22,592 nucleotides of DNA from Candidatus Tectimicrobiota bacterium (GCA_016192455.1 JACPUC010000018.1:62001-84592), one strand, 5' to 3'. Positions 8,936-17,946 are shown, numbered from the stretch's first letter. Numbers and translations are program-made. The notes: a model not told the origin generated them from the letters alone.

Positions 8936-9223
8936 CGACCACGCCGCGCCGAGATAGGCGAGCCGAGAAAGATGCACGGAGGCGCAACCCGGAGCCACCG
9001 AAGACGAAGCCGCAGGGGCTAGGGGTGGAGGGGTGGGTAGCGAACCGCCCCGACGGGCGTGGAGGCAGAAATTCAGGGGCGGTTCAAGGGTTGGGTTGCA
9101 CTGCCGTACGCCGCGGCGCCGCCATGCGCTCCTCGTTCTCGGCTGGTGCTGTGCAGCCCGCCGCGAGCACTCCCCAGGCCGCGCCGAGGGCTGCGCCTGG
9201 CTCGGCGGGTGTGCGACGCGACC

Positions 9224-10018
9224 CTACGCCCCCTTGAAGACAGGTGGGCGCTTCTCGAAGAAGGCCCGCAGCCCCTCCTCGAAGTCGGCACTCTTGGCGA
9301 GCTCGCCCTGCACGGCGCACTCCGCGTCGAGCTGTTCTTCCAGGCTGATCCCCAGGCTGCGGTTGATGAGGTTCTTGATGCCGCCGACCGCGGCCGTCGG
9401 CGCCCCGGCGAAGCGCTCGGCCGCCTTTCTCGTGGCGGCGTCAAAATCAGCCGGCGAGACGACCTGGTTGAGCAGGCCGAGCGCCAGCGCCTCGCGGGCA
9501 TCCAGGAAATCGCCGGTCATGAGCAGCTCGGTGGCCCGCGCCATGCCGAGCATGCGCGGCAGGAAGTAGCTCCCCCCCGTGTCGGGACAGAGGCCGAGCC
9601 GCACGAAGGCCTGGTTGAAGCGCGCCGTCTCCACCGCCAGCCGATAGTCGCAGGCGAGCGCCAGGTTGCAGCCGGCGCCGGCGGCCACGCCGTTGACGGC
9701 GGCGATGATCGGCTTGGGCATGGTGCGCATGATCTTCACGCAGTGGTGCAGCCCCTGGATGAGCTCGACGAGCTTGACGCTGCGGTTCGGGTCATCGAGG
9801 AGGCTGCGCATGTAGCCGACGTCCCCCCCGGCGCAGAAGGCGCGCCCGCTGCCGGTGAGCACCACCACCCGGATGCGGCCGTCGTGGGCGCAGCTTGCCA
9901 TCGCGTGCGACAGCTCGGCGGCCGTCTCCAGGTTGATCGGGTTCAGCTCGGCGGGGCGGTTCATGCGGATGGTGGCGATGGCGGCGTCCTGCTCAAAGAG
10001 AAGGGTGGAGTAGGCCAT
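9224..10018 (-). CDS. Crotonase-family enoyl-CoA hydratase/isomerase, PaaG-like
   Basis: MNRPAELNPI, LTGSGRAFCAGGD, PKPIIAAVNGVAAGAGCNLALACD, FVRLGLCPDTGGS and DFEEGLRAFFEKRPPVFKG. Confidence 0.9.
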   Translation of the reverse strand: MAYSTLLFEQDAAIATIRMNRPAELNPINLETAAELSHAMASCAHDGRIRVVVLTGSGRAFCAGGDVGYMRSLLDDPNRSVKLVELIQGLHHCVKIMRTMPKPIIAAVNGVAAGAGCNLALACDYRLAVETARFNQAFVRLGLCPDTGGSYFLPRMLGMARATELLMTGDFLDAREALALGLLNQVVSPADFDAATRKAAERFAGAPTAAVGGIKNLINRSLGISLEEQLDAECAVQGELAKSADFEEGLRAFFEKRPPVFKGA

Positions 10019-10073
10019 AGTGCGCTCCCTGATGCGTGTGCGGTGTCGTCATGGCAGCGTGCGCGGTCGCCAG

Positions 10074-10874
10074 CTACGAGGGCGGCTCGGAGGGGTGCTC
10101 GGCGCGACGGGGGGGTTGAGGAGCCTGCGCGCTCTGCACCGCGGGGCTTGCCGGAACCGCCGCCGCGCGCCCTTTGGCGATCTCCCCCTCCGTGCGGGGC
10201 TCGTCAAAGTGGCGGTGGCGAATATCGGTGCCGTGCAGCATGTAGATAACCATTTCGGCGATGTTCGTGGCGTGGTCGGCAATGCGTTCGAGGTACTTGG
10301 CGACGAAGGTGAGCCGCATGGCGCGGCTGATGTTGGTGGAGGATTCGAGCATGTAGGTAAGCAGTTCGCGGAAGATTTGCTCCATATAGTTATCAACGAT
10401 GGCGTCATCGGCGCAGACCTGTCGTGCCAAGGCCTCGTCCTCATTCACCATGGCGTCGAGGCTGTTCTTGATCATCTCCTGGGCTTTCTGAGCCATGAGC
10501 GGCAGGTCGATGTAGGGTTTCAGGCGCTCCTCCTCGTTCAGCTCGAGCACCCGTTCCGCGATGTTGGCGGCCTGGTCTCCCACCCGTTCGAGGTCGGTGG
10601 AAATCTTCAAGCCGGTGGTAATGAAGCGGAGATCGCGCCCGGCCGGCTGCCGCAGGGCGAGAATCCGCCAACAGATCTCATCGATCTCCATCTCCAGCTC
10701 ATCGATCTCGGAGTCCGTATCGATGACCTTCTGGGCTAGGACGGAACTACGATCAAGGAGGGCCTTCATGGTGTCGGCAATACTCTCCTCGACGCGCGCT
10801 CCCATGAAGAGGATCTTCTCCTTGAGCTCGCGGAGTTCTCGTTCAAAGGCGCTGCTCAGATGTTCCCGAGCCAT
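10074..10874 (-). CDS. phoU: Phosphate signalling protein PhoU with an extended Pro/Ala-rich C-terminal tail
   Basis: ATG 10874 after GGGGGAG. Two PhoU repeats: DSEIDELEMEID..RQPAGRDLR..TDLERVGDQAANIA and DAIVD..KYLERIADHATNIAEMVIYM. Confidence 0.95.
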   Translation of the reverse strand: MAREHLSSAFERELRELKEKILFMGARVEESIADTMKALLDRSSVLAQKVIDTDSEIDELEMEIDEICWRILALRQPAGRDLRFITTGLKISTDLERVGDQAANIAERVLELNEEERLKPYIDLPLMAQKAQEMIKNSLDAMVNEDEALARQVCADDAIVDNYMEQIFRELLTYMLESSTNISRAMRLTFVAKYLERIADHATNIAEMVIYMLHGTDIRHRHFDEPRTEGEIAKGRAAAVPASPAVQSAQAPQPPRRAEHPSEPPS

Positions 10875-11123
10875 CACCACCCCAGGACTCCCCCCTGCGC
10901 GCAGCGCCGCGCGACGACAAGCGGCGCCCTTCGCCATCCCCCCAGCACGCCTCGATGCGCTACTCATCACACTACACGTCTTGGCGCAAAAAGGAAAGGG
11001 AAATCAGCACACCCCAGGGGCGAAGGAGCAGCGGAGGAGGCGGAGAAGATAGCCAGCGGGCGGAGGAGCGGCCCAGCGCGCGGAGCGAGGATTCCGGCTG
11101 CCTCCGGATGGGGGAGGAAATTC

Positions 11124-11152
11124 TTGTCAATGTGGAGTGGCTGTGGTATATA
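11124..11152 (+). promoter_or_regulatory. Putative sigma70-like promoter of the lysW operon
   Basis: TTGTCA(11124-11129)-17 nt-TATATA(11147-11152), preceded by TGg as an extended -10. The last -10 base is non-consensus. Confidence 0.5.
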
Positions 11153-11343
11153 GGCGGCGCGTTTTCCTTGGATGCGCTCCCAGCCCGATCAGCAAGTGCG
11201 TAGGCTCGAGCCAGTGGGGTTGTGCGGTGCGGTGACTCCCCTTCCCGCCCCGGCGATCCGCGCGTTCCAGGCGCGAAGGCACGCCCCTCCCACTGGACCC
11301 CGAGCGTGCATCAGAATGAACGCAGAACGTAGAGGAGTGGAGA

Positions 11344-11508
11344 ATGGCAGAGTGCATTGAATGTGGGGCCGAGGTTGAGACGAGCGAAGATGCCGAGGAA
11401 GGCGAAATCATCGAATGTCCCGAATGTGGCGTGGAGCTGGAGATCATCAGTGTGGAGCCACTCGAGCTGGCGCTGGCTCCGGAGGAAGAAGAAGACTGGG
11501 GTGAATAA
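11344..11508 (+). CDS. lysW: Amino-group carrier protein LysW (54 aa)
   Basis: Absent from the ORF track (under 60 aa). Manual translation: [54 protein letters not shown]. It has two CxxC zinc-ribbon motifs, is very acidic and ends in the diagnostic EDWGE. AGAGGAG RBS. Confidence 0.97.
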   Translation: MAECIECGAEVETSEDAEEGEIIECPECGVELEIISVEPLELALAPEEEEDWGE

Positions 11509-11634
11509 GCAGGACTGGACACCGGACGGGTGCGCCGGCGCACTGCTTGCTGCCGCAGGTGGTCCAGTCAGGTGCGACGAGGTGCGATTCCTCCCCACCC
11601 GTCGTGCAGGTCGTGGGGGAAGGTGAGGCGATCC

Positions 11635-12474
11635 ATGCGAATTGGCGTGCTCTGCTCGCGCCTCCGGGTGGAGGAGAAACTTCTCTTCCAAGAGATGGAG
11701 CGGCGCGGCTTGAGCTACGGAAAGATCGACGACCGCGAGATCATCCTCGACTTGAGCAACCTCGAGGTGTCCTACGACGTCATCCTGGAGCGCTGCATCA
11801 ATCACTCGCGGGCTTTGCACACCCTTTGCGTGCTGAACGCCCGCGGTGTCCGCACGGTCAACACCTATCGCGTGGCCCTGACGTGCGGCGATAAGCTCTT
11901 GACCACGAATGCCCTGGCGGCGAATGGGGTGCCCACGCCGCGCACCCTCATCGCCTACACGCCAGAGTCCGCCCTGGCGGCGATCGAGCGGCTCGGCTAC
12001 CCGGTGGTGTTGAAACCCACCGTCGGCTCGTGGGGCCGGCTGCTCTCGAAGGTGAATGACCGCGAAGCCGCCGAGGCGCTGCTCGAGCACAAGCAGATTC
12101 TCGGCTCCTACCACCACTCCACCTTCTACATCCAGGAGTACGTCGAGAAGCCGGGGCGCGACATCCGGGCCTTCGTCATCGGCGAGGAGACGATCTGCGC
12201 CATCTACCGGACCTCCGCGCACTGGATCACGAACACCGCCCGTGGTGGCGTCGCCAGCAACTGCCCGGTGACGCCGGCGATCCACGATCTCTGCCAGCGC
12301 GCCGCCAAGGCAGTGGGGGGCGGCGTCCTCGCCATCGATCTGCTCGAGACCGAGGACGGCCTGCTCGTCAATGAAGTGAACTACACGATGGAGTTCCGCA
12401 ACAGCATCGCTCCCACCGGCGTGAACATCCCGCAGCGCGTCATCGACTATGTTGTCAAGGTGGGACAGCAATGA
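11635..12474 (+). CDS. lysX: LysX ATP-grasp alpha-aminoadipate/glutamate--LysW ligase (RimK family)
   Basis: [60 protein letters not shown] and [12 protein letters not shown]; directly downstream of lysW. Confidence 0.95.
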   Translation: MRIGVLCSRLRVEEKLLFQEMERRGLSYGKIDDREIILDLSNLEVSYDVILERCINHSRALHTLCVLNARGVRTVNTYRVALTCGDKLLTTNALAANGVPTPRTLIAYTPESALAAIERLGYPVVLKPTVGSWGRLLSKVNDREAAEALLEHKQILGSYHHSTFYIQEYVEKPGRDIRAFVIGEETICAIYRTSAHWITNTARGGVASNCPVTPAIHDLCQRAAKAVGGGVLAIDLLETEDGLLVNEVNYTMEFRNSIAPTGVNIPQRVIDYVVKVGQQ

Positions 12475-13514
12475 TGCGCGTCGCCATCGTCGGGGGCTCC
12501 GGGTACGTCGGCGGGGAGATGCTGCGGTTGCTCCTCGATCATCCGCGCACGGAGGTGGTGCAGGTCACCTCGGAGCGGCAGGCGGGCAAGTATGTCACCT
12601 CCGTGCACCCGAACCTGCGCGGCAGGACGCGCCTGAAGTTCAGCCGCTTCGACGAGCTGCGGCCGGCGGACCTGCTGGTGAGCTGCCTGCCCCATGGCGA
12701 GAGCATGCAGCGCATAAAGGCGCTGGCCGAGCTGGCGCCGCGCCTCATCGACACGAGCGCCGATTTCCGCCTGCGCGATGCCGCGGCCTACCCGGTCTGG
12801 TACGGTCACGAGCACCCCGAACCGGGGCTCCTCGAGCAATTCGTCTACGGCTTGCCGGAGCTGCACCGCGAGGAACTGGCAACGGCGCGTTTCGTCTCGG
12901 GGACCGGCTGCCTGGCCACCTCGGCGATCCTGGCGCTGGCGCCGCTGCTGCGCAGCGGAGTGGTGCGGCTTGATCCCATCATCATCGAGTGCAAGGTAGG
13001 ATCCTCGGCAGGGGGCAATGCCCCCTCCCCCGCGACCCACCATCCTGAACGGCGCGATAGCCTGCGCTCCTTCCAGCCGGTTGGCCATCGCCACACGGCG
13101 GAAATCGTCCAGGAGCTGAGCTTTAACGGCGCCGTCCCCGGCGTGCTCATGAGCGCCACCGCCGTGGGGCTGGTGCGCGGCATCCTCTGCACCGCGCACG
13201 CCTTCCTGAAGGATGCCCTCGATGAGAAGGCGGTGTGGGGCATCTACCGCGACTTCTACGGCAAGGAACCGTTCATCCGCATCGTCAAGGAGCGGCGCGG
13301 CATCTACCGCACCCCGGAGCCGAAGATCCTCGCCGGCTCGAACTACTGCGACGTCGGCTTCGAGCTCGATCCGACCAGCAACCGCATCGTCGTGCTCTCG
13401 GCCCTCGACAACCTCATGAAGGGAGCCGCCGGCAACGCCGTGCAGGCCCTCAACGTGATGGCCGGCTGGCAGGAGACGACCGGCCTGGGTTTCCCCGGCC
13501 TCCACCCCGTGTGA
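12471..13514 (+). CDS. lysY: [LysW]-aminoadipyl/glutamyl phosphate reductase (ArgC family)
   Basis: [41 protein letters not shown] (catalytic Cys), HRHTAEI and [19 protein letters not shown] overlap with the lysX stop. Confidence 0.93.
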   Translation: MMRVAIVGGSGYVGGEMLRLLLDHPRTEVVQVTSERQAGKYVTSVHPNLRGRTRLKFSRFDELRPADLLVSCLPHGESMQRIKALAELAPRLIDTSADFRLRDAAAYPVWYGHEHPEPGLLEQFVYGLPELHREELATARFVSGTGCLATSAILALAPLLRSGVVRLDPIIIECKVGSSAGGNAPSPATHHPERRDSLRSFQPVGHRHTAEIVQELSFNGAVPGVLMSATAVGLVRGILCTAHAFLKDALDEKAVWGIYRDFYGKEPFIRIVKERRGIYRTPEPKILAGSNYCDVGFELDPTSNRIVVLSALDNLMKGAAGNAVQALNVMAGWQETTGLGFPGLHPV

Positions 13515-13543
13515 GCCCGCCGCTCTCTCCGGGAGCCCCTTCG

Positions 13544-14347
13544 ATGCTCGTCGTCAAGGTGGGTGGCAGCGCCGGGATCGACCTGGCGGCGGTCTGCGAC
13601 GATGTGGCGCGGCACGTCCTGGCGGGGACGCGGCTCATCCTCGTGCACGGCGGCTCGCACGAGACGAACGTGGTGGCGGAGAAGCTCGGCGTGCCGCCGC
13701 GTTTCGTGACCTCCGTCTCCGGTTTCCAAAGCCGCTACACCGATCGGGCCACCCTCGAAATCTTCGAGATGGTCTACTGCGGCAAAACGAACAAGGCGAT
13801 CGTCGAGATGTTGCAGGCGCGGGGCGTCAACGCGCTCGGCCTCTCCGGCCTCGACGGCGCCCTCCTCACCGGGGTCCGCAAGGGGACCCTGAAGGTCATC
13901 GAGGGGGGCAAGCGCAAGCTCCTGCGCGGCGATTTCACCGGCAAGGTGGAGCGGGTGAATGTGGCGCTCCTCGATCTGCTCCTCGCCCATGGCTACACCC
14001 CCGTCGTAACGCCCCCCGCCCTGAGCTACGAGGGCGAAGCGATGAACGTCGACGGCGACCGCGCCGCCGCCGTGATCGCCCAGCAGATGAAGGCGGAGTG
14101 TCTCGTCATCCTGTCGAACGTGCCGGGGCTGCTGCGGGACGTGCATGACGAGGGGAGCCTGATCAGGACCATCCCGGCGGCCGCGGTCGAGGACTACATG
14201 GGGGTCGCCCAGGGCCGCATGCGCATGAAGGTGCTGGGAGCGTCGGAGGCCATTGCGGGCGGCGTGGGCGCGGTGCTCTTCGCGGATGCCCGCGTACCCC
14301 AGCCGCTCACCAGGGCGCTGGCGGGGCAGGGCACGAAAATCGCCTAG
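13544..14347 (+). CDS. lysZ: [LysW]-aminoadipate/glutamate kinase (ArgB family)
   Basis: MLVVKVGGS, LVHGGS, SVSGFQSRYTD, GLSGLDG, NVDGDRAAA, LSNVPGLL and GRMRMKV; GGAG RBS upstream. Confidence 0.93.
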   Translation: MLVVKVGGSAGIDLAAVCDDVARHVLAGTRLILVHGGSHETNVVAEKLGVPPRFVTSVSGFQSRYTDRATLEIFEMVYCGKTNKAIVEMLQARGVNALGLSGLDGALLTGVRKGTLKVIEGGKRKLLRGDFTGKVERVNVALLDLLLAHGYTPVVTPPALSYEGEAMNVDGDRAAAVIAQQMKAECLVILSNVPGLLRDVHDEGSLIRTIPAAAVEDYMGVAQGRMRMKVLGASEAIAGGVGAVLFADARVPQPLTRALAGQGTKIA

Positions 14348-14453
14348 CGATCACGCCGGTGAGCGCCCACGGCCCCGCCTGGAGTTTTTTGCTCGACGCC
14401 GATTGCGGACGCTTTCCAACCTTCAACCACACCTCCTGACCGCGTCACCTGCA

Positions 14454-15659
14454 ATGGACGGCATATCTGTTCAAACCGGAGGGCAAGCGACGATTTCCCC
14501 ACAGACGTGCCGCGCCTGGGAGGATGCCCACAGCGTCGGCATGTATGCCAAACGCGACATCGTGCTGGTGCGCGGCGAAGGGGCCACCGTCTGGGACGGC
14601 GCCGGGCGCGCCTACCTTGACTGCACCGCGGGCGTCGGGGTTGCCAACGTCGGCCACGCCAACGCCGCCGTTGCCGACGCCGTCAGCCGGCAGGCGCGCC
14701 TCCTTGTCACCTGCCATGGCATGTTCTACAACGATGCCCGCGCCCGCCTCCTGAAGCAGCTTGCCGACATCGCCCCGCCCGGCATTGATCGCTTCTTCCT
14801 CTGCAACTCCGGCTCCGAGGCGGTCGAAGGGGCGCTGAAGTTCGCGCGCATGGCCACCGGGCGCAGCGAGGTGGTGGCCATGGTGCGGGGCTTTCACGGC
14901 AAAACGTTCGGGGCGCTCAGCGCCACCTGGGAGGCGAAGTACCGCGAGCCGTTCGAGCCCCTCGTCCCCGGCTTCCGGCATGTCCCCCTCAACGATGCCG
15001 CCGTGCTGGCGGAGGCCGTCAGCGAGCGCACGGCGGCGGTTCTCCTCGAAATCATTCAAGGCGAAGGGGGCATCCGGCCGGCGTCGGCGGAGTTCCTCGA
15101 GGCGGCGCGGCGGCTCTGCGATGAGCGCGGCGCGCTGCTCATCGTTGACGAGGTGCAGACGGGGTTGGGCCGCACGGGAAGCTGGTTCGCCTGCCAGGGG
15201 ATGGGCCTGCGACCGGACCTCGTGACCATGGCGAAAGCCCTGGGCGGCGGGCTGGCGATGGGAGCCGTCGGGGTGGGCCCGCGAGTCGAGAACCTGCAGC
15301 GCCTGACGCACACCACGACCTTCGGCGGCGCGCCGATTGCCTGTGCCGCCGCGTCGGCGGTCATCGCCGAGGTGCGGCGGCTCGACCTGCTGCGGCATGC
15401 GGCGGAGGCGGGCGGCGCCTTCATCGACCGCCTGCGCGTCCTCAACCTCCGCAAGGTGCGCGAGGTGCGCGGCCGCGGCCTCATGGTGGGGGTCGAGCTG
15501 CGGCAGAAGGCCGGGCCGTTCCTGCTGCCGCTGGCGGAGCGCGGCGTGCTGGCGATGTTGGCGGGGAACCTGGTGCTGCGCTTCCTGCCGCCCCTGGTCA
15601 TTTCCGAGGCGGAGCTTGAGCGCGTGGCCGCCGCCCTCGAGGAGGTGCTGCATGCCTGA
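14454..15659 (+). CDS. lysJ: [LysW]-semialdehyde transaminase (ArgD/class-III PLP family)
   Basis: YAKRDIVLVRGEG, YLDCTAGVGVANVGH, CNSGSEAVEGALKFAR, GFHGKTFGAL, IQGEGG, DEVQTGLGRTG, MAKALGGG and RFLPPL. The exact start is uncertain. Confidence 0.92.
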   Translation: MDGISVQTGGQATISPQTCRAWEDAHSVGMYAKRDIVLVRGEGATVWDGAGRAYLDCTAGVGVANVGHANAAVADAVSRQARLLVTCHGMFYNDARARLLKQLADIAPPGIDRFFLCNSGSEAVEGALKFARMATGRSEVVAMVRGFHGKTFGALSATWEAKYREPFEPLVPGFRHVPLNDAAVLAEAVSERTAAVLLEIIQGEGGIRPASAEFLEAARRLCDERGALLIVDEVQTGLGRTGSWFACQGMGLRPDLVTMAKALGGGLAMGAVGVGPRVENLQRLTHTTTFGGAPIACAAASAVIAEVRRLDLLRHAAEAGGAFIDRLRVLNLRKVREVRGRGLMVGVELRQKAGPFLLPLAERGVLAMLAGNLVLRFLPPLVISEAELERVAAALEEVLHA

Positions 15660-16683
15660 TCCCGTTGCCCTCTTGCGCGGCGCCCTGGAGATTTACTCGC
15701 CGAGCGGCCGGGAAGAAGAGATAGGGCGCTACCTCTGCGAGCAGATGCGCGCCTTCGGCCTGCGGGCGGAGCTCGACGGCGCCGGCAACGCCGTCGGGGC
15801 GCGTGGGTCCGGCCCGCGGCAGATCGTCATGCTCGGCCACATGGATACGGTGCCCGGCTTCATCCCGGTGCTCGAGGAGGAGGGACGGCTCTATGGCCGC
15901 GGCGCGGTGGATGCCAAGGCGGCGCTGGCCACCTTCATTGCCGCGACGAGCCGCCTCCCCGAGCGCGCCGACACCACCTACCTCATCGTCTGCGCCGTCG
16001 AGGAGGAATGCCCCACCAGCCGCGGCGCGCGCTACGCGCTCGACCGCTACCGGCCCTCCTGCGCCATCATCGGCGAGCCGAGCGGCGCGGGCAGCATCAC
16101 GCTTGGCTACAAGGGGCGCCTTGCCCTGGGCTACCGCGTGGAGCAGCCGTGCGTGCACAGCGCGGTGGATATGGGGCGCGCGGCCGAGCGGGCGGTTGAC
16201 TTCTGGCTGGCGGTAAAGGAGATGACCGCGGAGTATGCCGCGCCCTCCCGCTTTGAACGTCTCGACGCGGCGCTCATGAGCTTCCAGACCGGCGGCGACG
16301 GCCTCACCGAGCACGCGGCGCTAGAGATCAGCCTGCGCTTGCCGCCCGGCTTCGAGGTCGCCCGCCTGCGGAAGCGCCTGGAGGCCCTGCATCCCGATGC
16401 CTCCCTGGAGGTGCGCGAGAGCCTGCCCGCCTTCAAGGCGGAGAAGAACACCCCGCTGGTGCGCGCCTTTCTCCAGGCCATCCGGTCCCGCGGCCTGCGC
16501 CCCACCTTCAAGGTGAAGACCGGCACCGCGGACATGAACCTCCTCGGGCCGGCCTGGGGCTGCCCCATCGTGGCCTATGGGCCGGGGGACTCGAGCCTCG
16601 ACCACACCCCGCACGAGCACCTCGACCTCGCCGAGTATCAGCTAGCGATTGACATCCTCGCGGACGTCCTCTCCCGCCTCTAG
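15652..16683 (+). CDS. lysK: [LysW]-lysine/ornithine hydrolase (M20/ArgE family)
   Basis: ATG 15652 overlaps the lysJ end, with a [55 protein letters not shown] and [15 protein letters not shown]. Confidence 0.94.
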   Translation: MPDPVALLRGALEIYSPSGREEEIGRYLCEQMRAFGLRAELDGAGNAVGARGSGPRQIVMLGHMDTVPGFIPVLEEEGRLYGRGAVDAKAALATFIAATSRLPERADTTYLIVCAVEEECPTSRGARYALDRYRPSCAIIGEPSGAGSITLGYKGRLALGYRVEQPCVHSAVDMGRAAERAVDFWLAVKEMTAEYAAPSRFERLDAALMSFQTGGDGLTEHAALEISLRLPPGFEVARLRKRLEALHPDASLEVRESLPAFKAEKNTPLVRAFLQAIRSRGLRPTFKVKTGTADMNLLGPAWGCPIVAYGPGDSSLDHTPHEHLDLAEYQLAIDILADVLSRL

Positions 16684-17946
16684 CGGTACGATCACGCCCT
16701 GCCGCACCGTCAAGAGGAAGACCTCCTTGCGGGCCTCGCCGTCGGCGCCGAACGAGGTGCGGCCCATGAGGCCGGGGAAATCCGTGGTCTGTTCCAGGGC
16801 GTCGCGGAGCGCGGCGCGCTGCGCTGCCAGCGTTGGCTGCGCGAAGATGCGGCCGCGCCGGGCGGCGTCGTGCAGGATGCGCAGCGTGTCGTACGCCGCC
16901 ACCGCCGCGGCTGGCGGCGCCAGGCGCTGGGAGGAGGACCCCAGCGGTGGCTCCGCGAAGCGCCGGCGGAAGTCCTGCCAGGGGGCGAAAGGTCGCTCCG
17001 GCCAGTAGTCGGTAGCGAAGATGACGCCGTCCACGCTCTCCCCTCCGATCTCCGTGAAGAGCGGGTTGCTGAACGAGGGGTCGCCGAAGATCGGCAGCCT
17101 CAAGCCGCCTCGCCGCAGGGCGCGGACCGCCATGGCGGCGTGGTGGGGGAAGGCGATGACGATCATGCCATCGGCCCGTTGCGCGCCGAGCTCCGGCGCG
17201 GCGGCGCCCAGCCGGTCCTGCTCGAGGAAGTCGGCGGCATGCAGGCTGCGCACGTCGGCGAGCCGGCGCCCGGTCAGCGCCGAAAACTGCCGGCGCAGCG
17301 CGAGCCCCCGAAGGAAGGGCGTCCGCGCGTCGTTCTCAACCCAGAGGACCGGCCGCTGCACGCCGTGCTGGCGCAGCCACCAGGGAAGGAGGCGCCTCCA
17401 GGCGCGATTCGGCAGGGAGGTGTTGCGGAAAGCCCAGGGCCGATACATCTCGAGCAGCTCCTCCGCCGTGGCTGAGGCGGTGATGATCGGGGTGCGGCCG
17501 TAGACCGCCTCCCAGAAAACCGTCGGGGCCGTGTCGCTGAGGAGGGGCCCGATGATCGCCTGCACCTTCTCCTCGTGGATCAGCGCGTAGGCGGCCAGGG
17601 CCGCGGCATCCGGGTTCGAGCGGCTGTCCCGGACCACGAGTTCCAGGCGCTCCGGAGCCAGCGCGGAGGTCGGCGCGGAGCGTTCCCTGACGAGGTCATC
17701 AAAGCCGAGCCGCAGGGCGCGAAGCTGGGCTTCTCCCCACCAGGCGTCCCGCCCGCTCAGCGCGGTCAGGACGCCGATGCGCAGCGCCCGCCGAGGGGCG
17801 GCCGGTTCCCCTGTCGGTTCTTGCGCGGCGGCGGGAGGGTCGCCGCCGGGGCCTTGCGCCGTCGAGGGCTGCGCGGTGCAGAGCAGCAGGATGGCAAGCA
17901 GGAGGGCGGTCCAAGTCCATGTCCACGCCCCCCGTGCCCCGTTCAC
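16642..17946 (-). CDS. Branched-chain amino acid/LivJ-like ABC substrate-binding protein (periplasmic binding protein type 1)
   Basis: Signal-like WTALLLAILLLCTAQPSTA, then RIGVLTALSG, RDSRSNPDAA, AIIGPLLS, PWAFR, AAYDTLRIL and FPGLMGRTSFGADG. The start is uncertain (GTG 17946 or ATG 18060); the track start at 18291 is unlikely. Confidence 0.78.
   Translation of the reverse strand: MNGARGAWTWTWTALLLAILLLCTAQPSTAQGPGGDPPAAAQEPTGEPAAPRRALRIGVLTALSGRDAWWGEAQLRALRLGFDDLVRERSAPTSALAPERLELVVRDSRSNPDAAALAAYALIHEEKVQAIIGPLLSDTAPTVFWEAVYGRTPIITASATAEELLEMYRPWAFRNTSLPNRAWRRLLPWWLRQHGVQRPVLWVENDARTPFLRGLALRRQFSALTGRRLADVRSLHAADFLEQDRLGAAAPELGAQRADGMIVIAFPHHAAMAVRALRRGGLRLPIFGDPSFSNPLFTEIGGESVDGVIFATDYWPERPFAPWQDFRRRFAEPPLGSSSQRLAPPAAAVAAYDTLRILHDAARRGRIFAQPTLAAQRAALRDALEQTTDFPGLMGRTSFGADGEARKEVFLLTVRQGVIVPLEAGEDVREDVNR

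Noticed and set aside
11153-11343. Canonical lysine riboswitch, T-box or Lys-rich attenuator peptide upstream of lysW
   Set aside because: I could not find their conserved sequence elements; the region is kept only as an unclassified structured-leader candidate.
11635-16683. Reading the cluster as rimK plus acetyl-type argC/argB/argD/argE
   Set aside because: The adjacent lysW, the [14 protein letters not shown] ligase motifs and the LysK-type [12 protein letters not shown] motif indicate the carrier-protein pathway.
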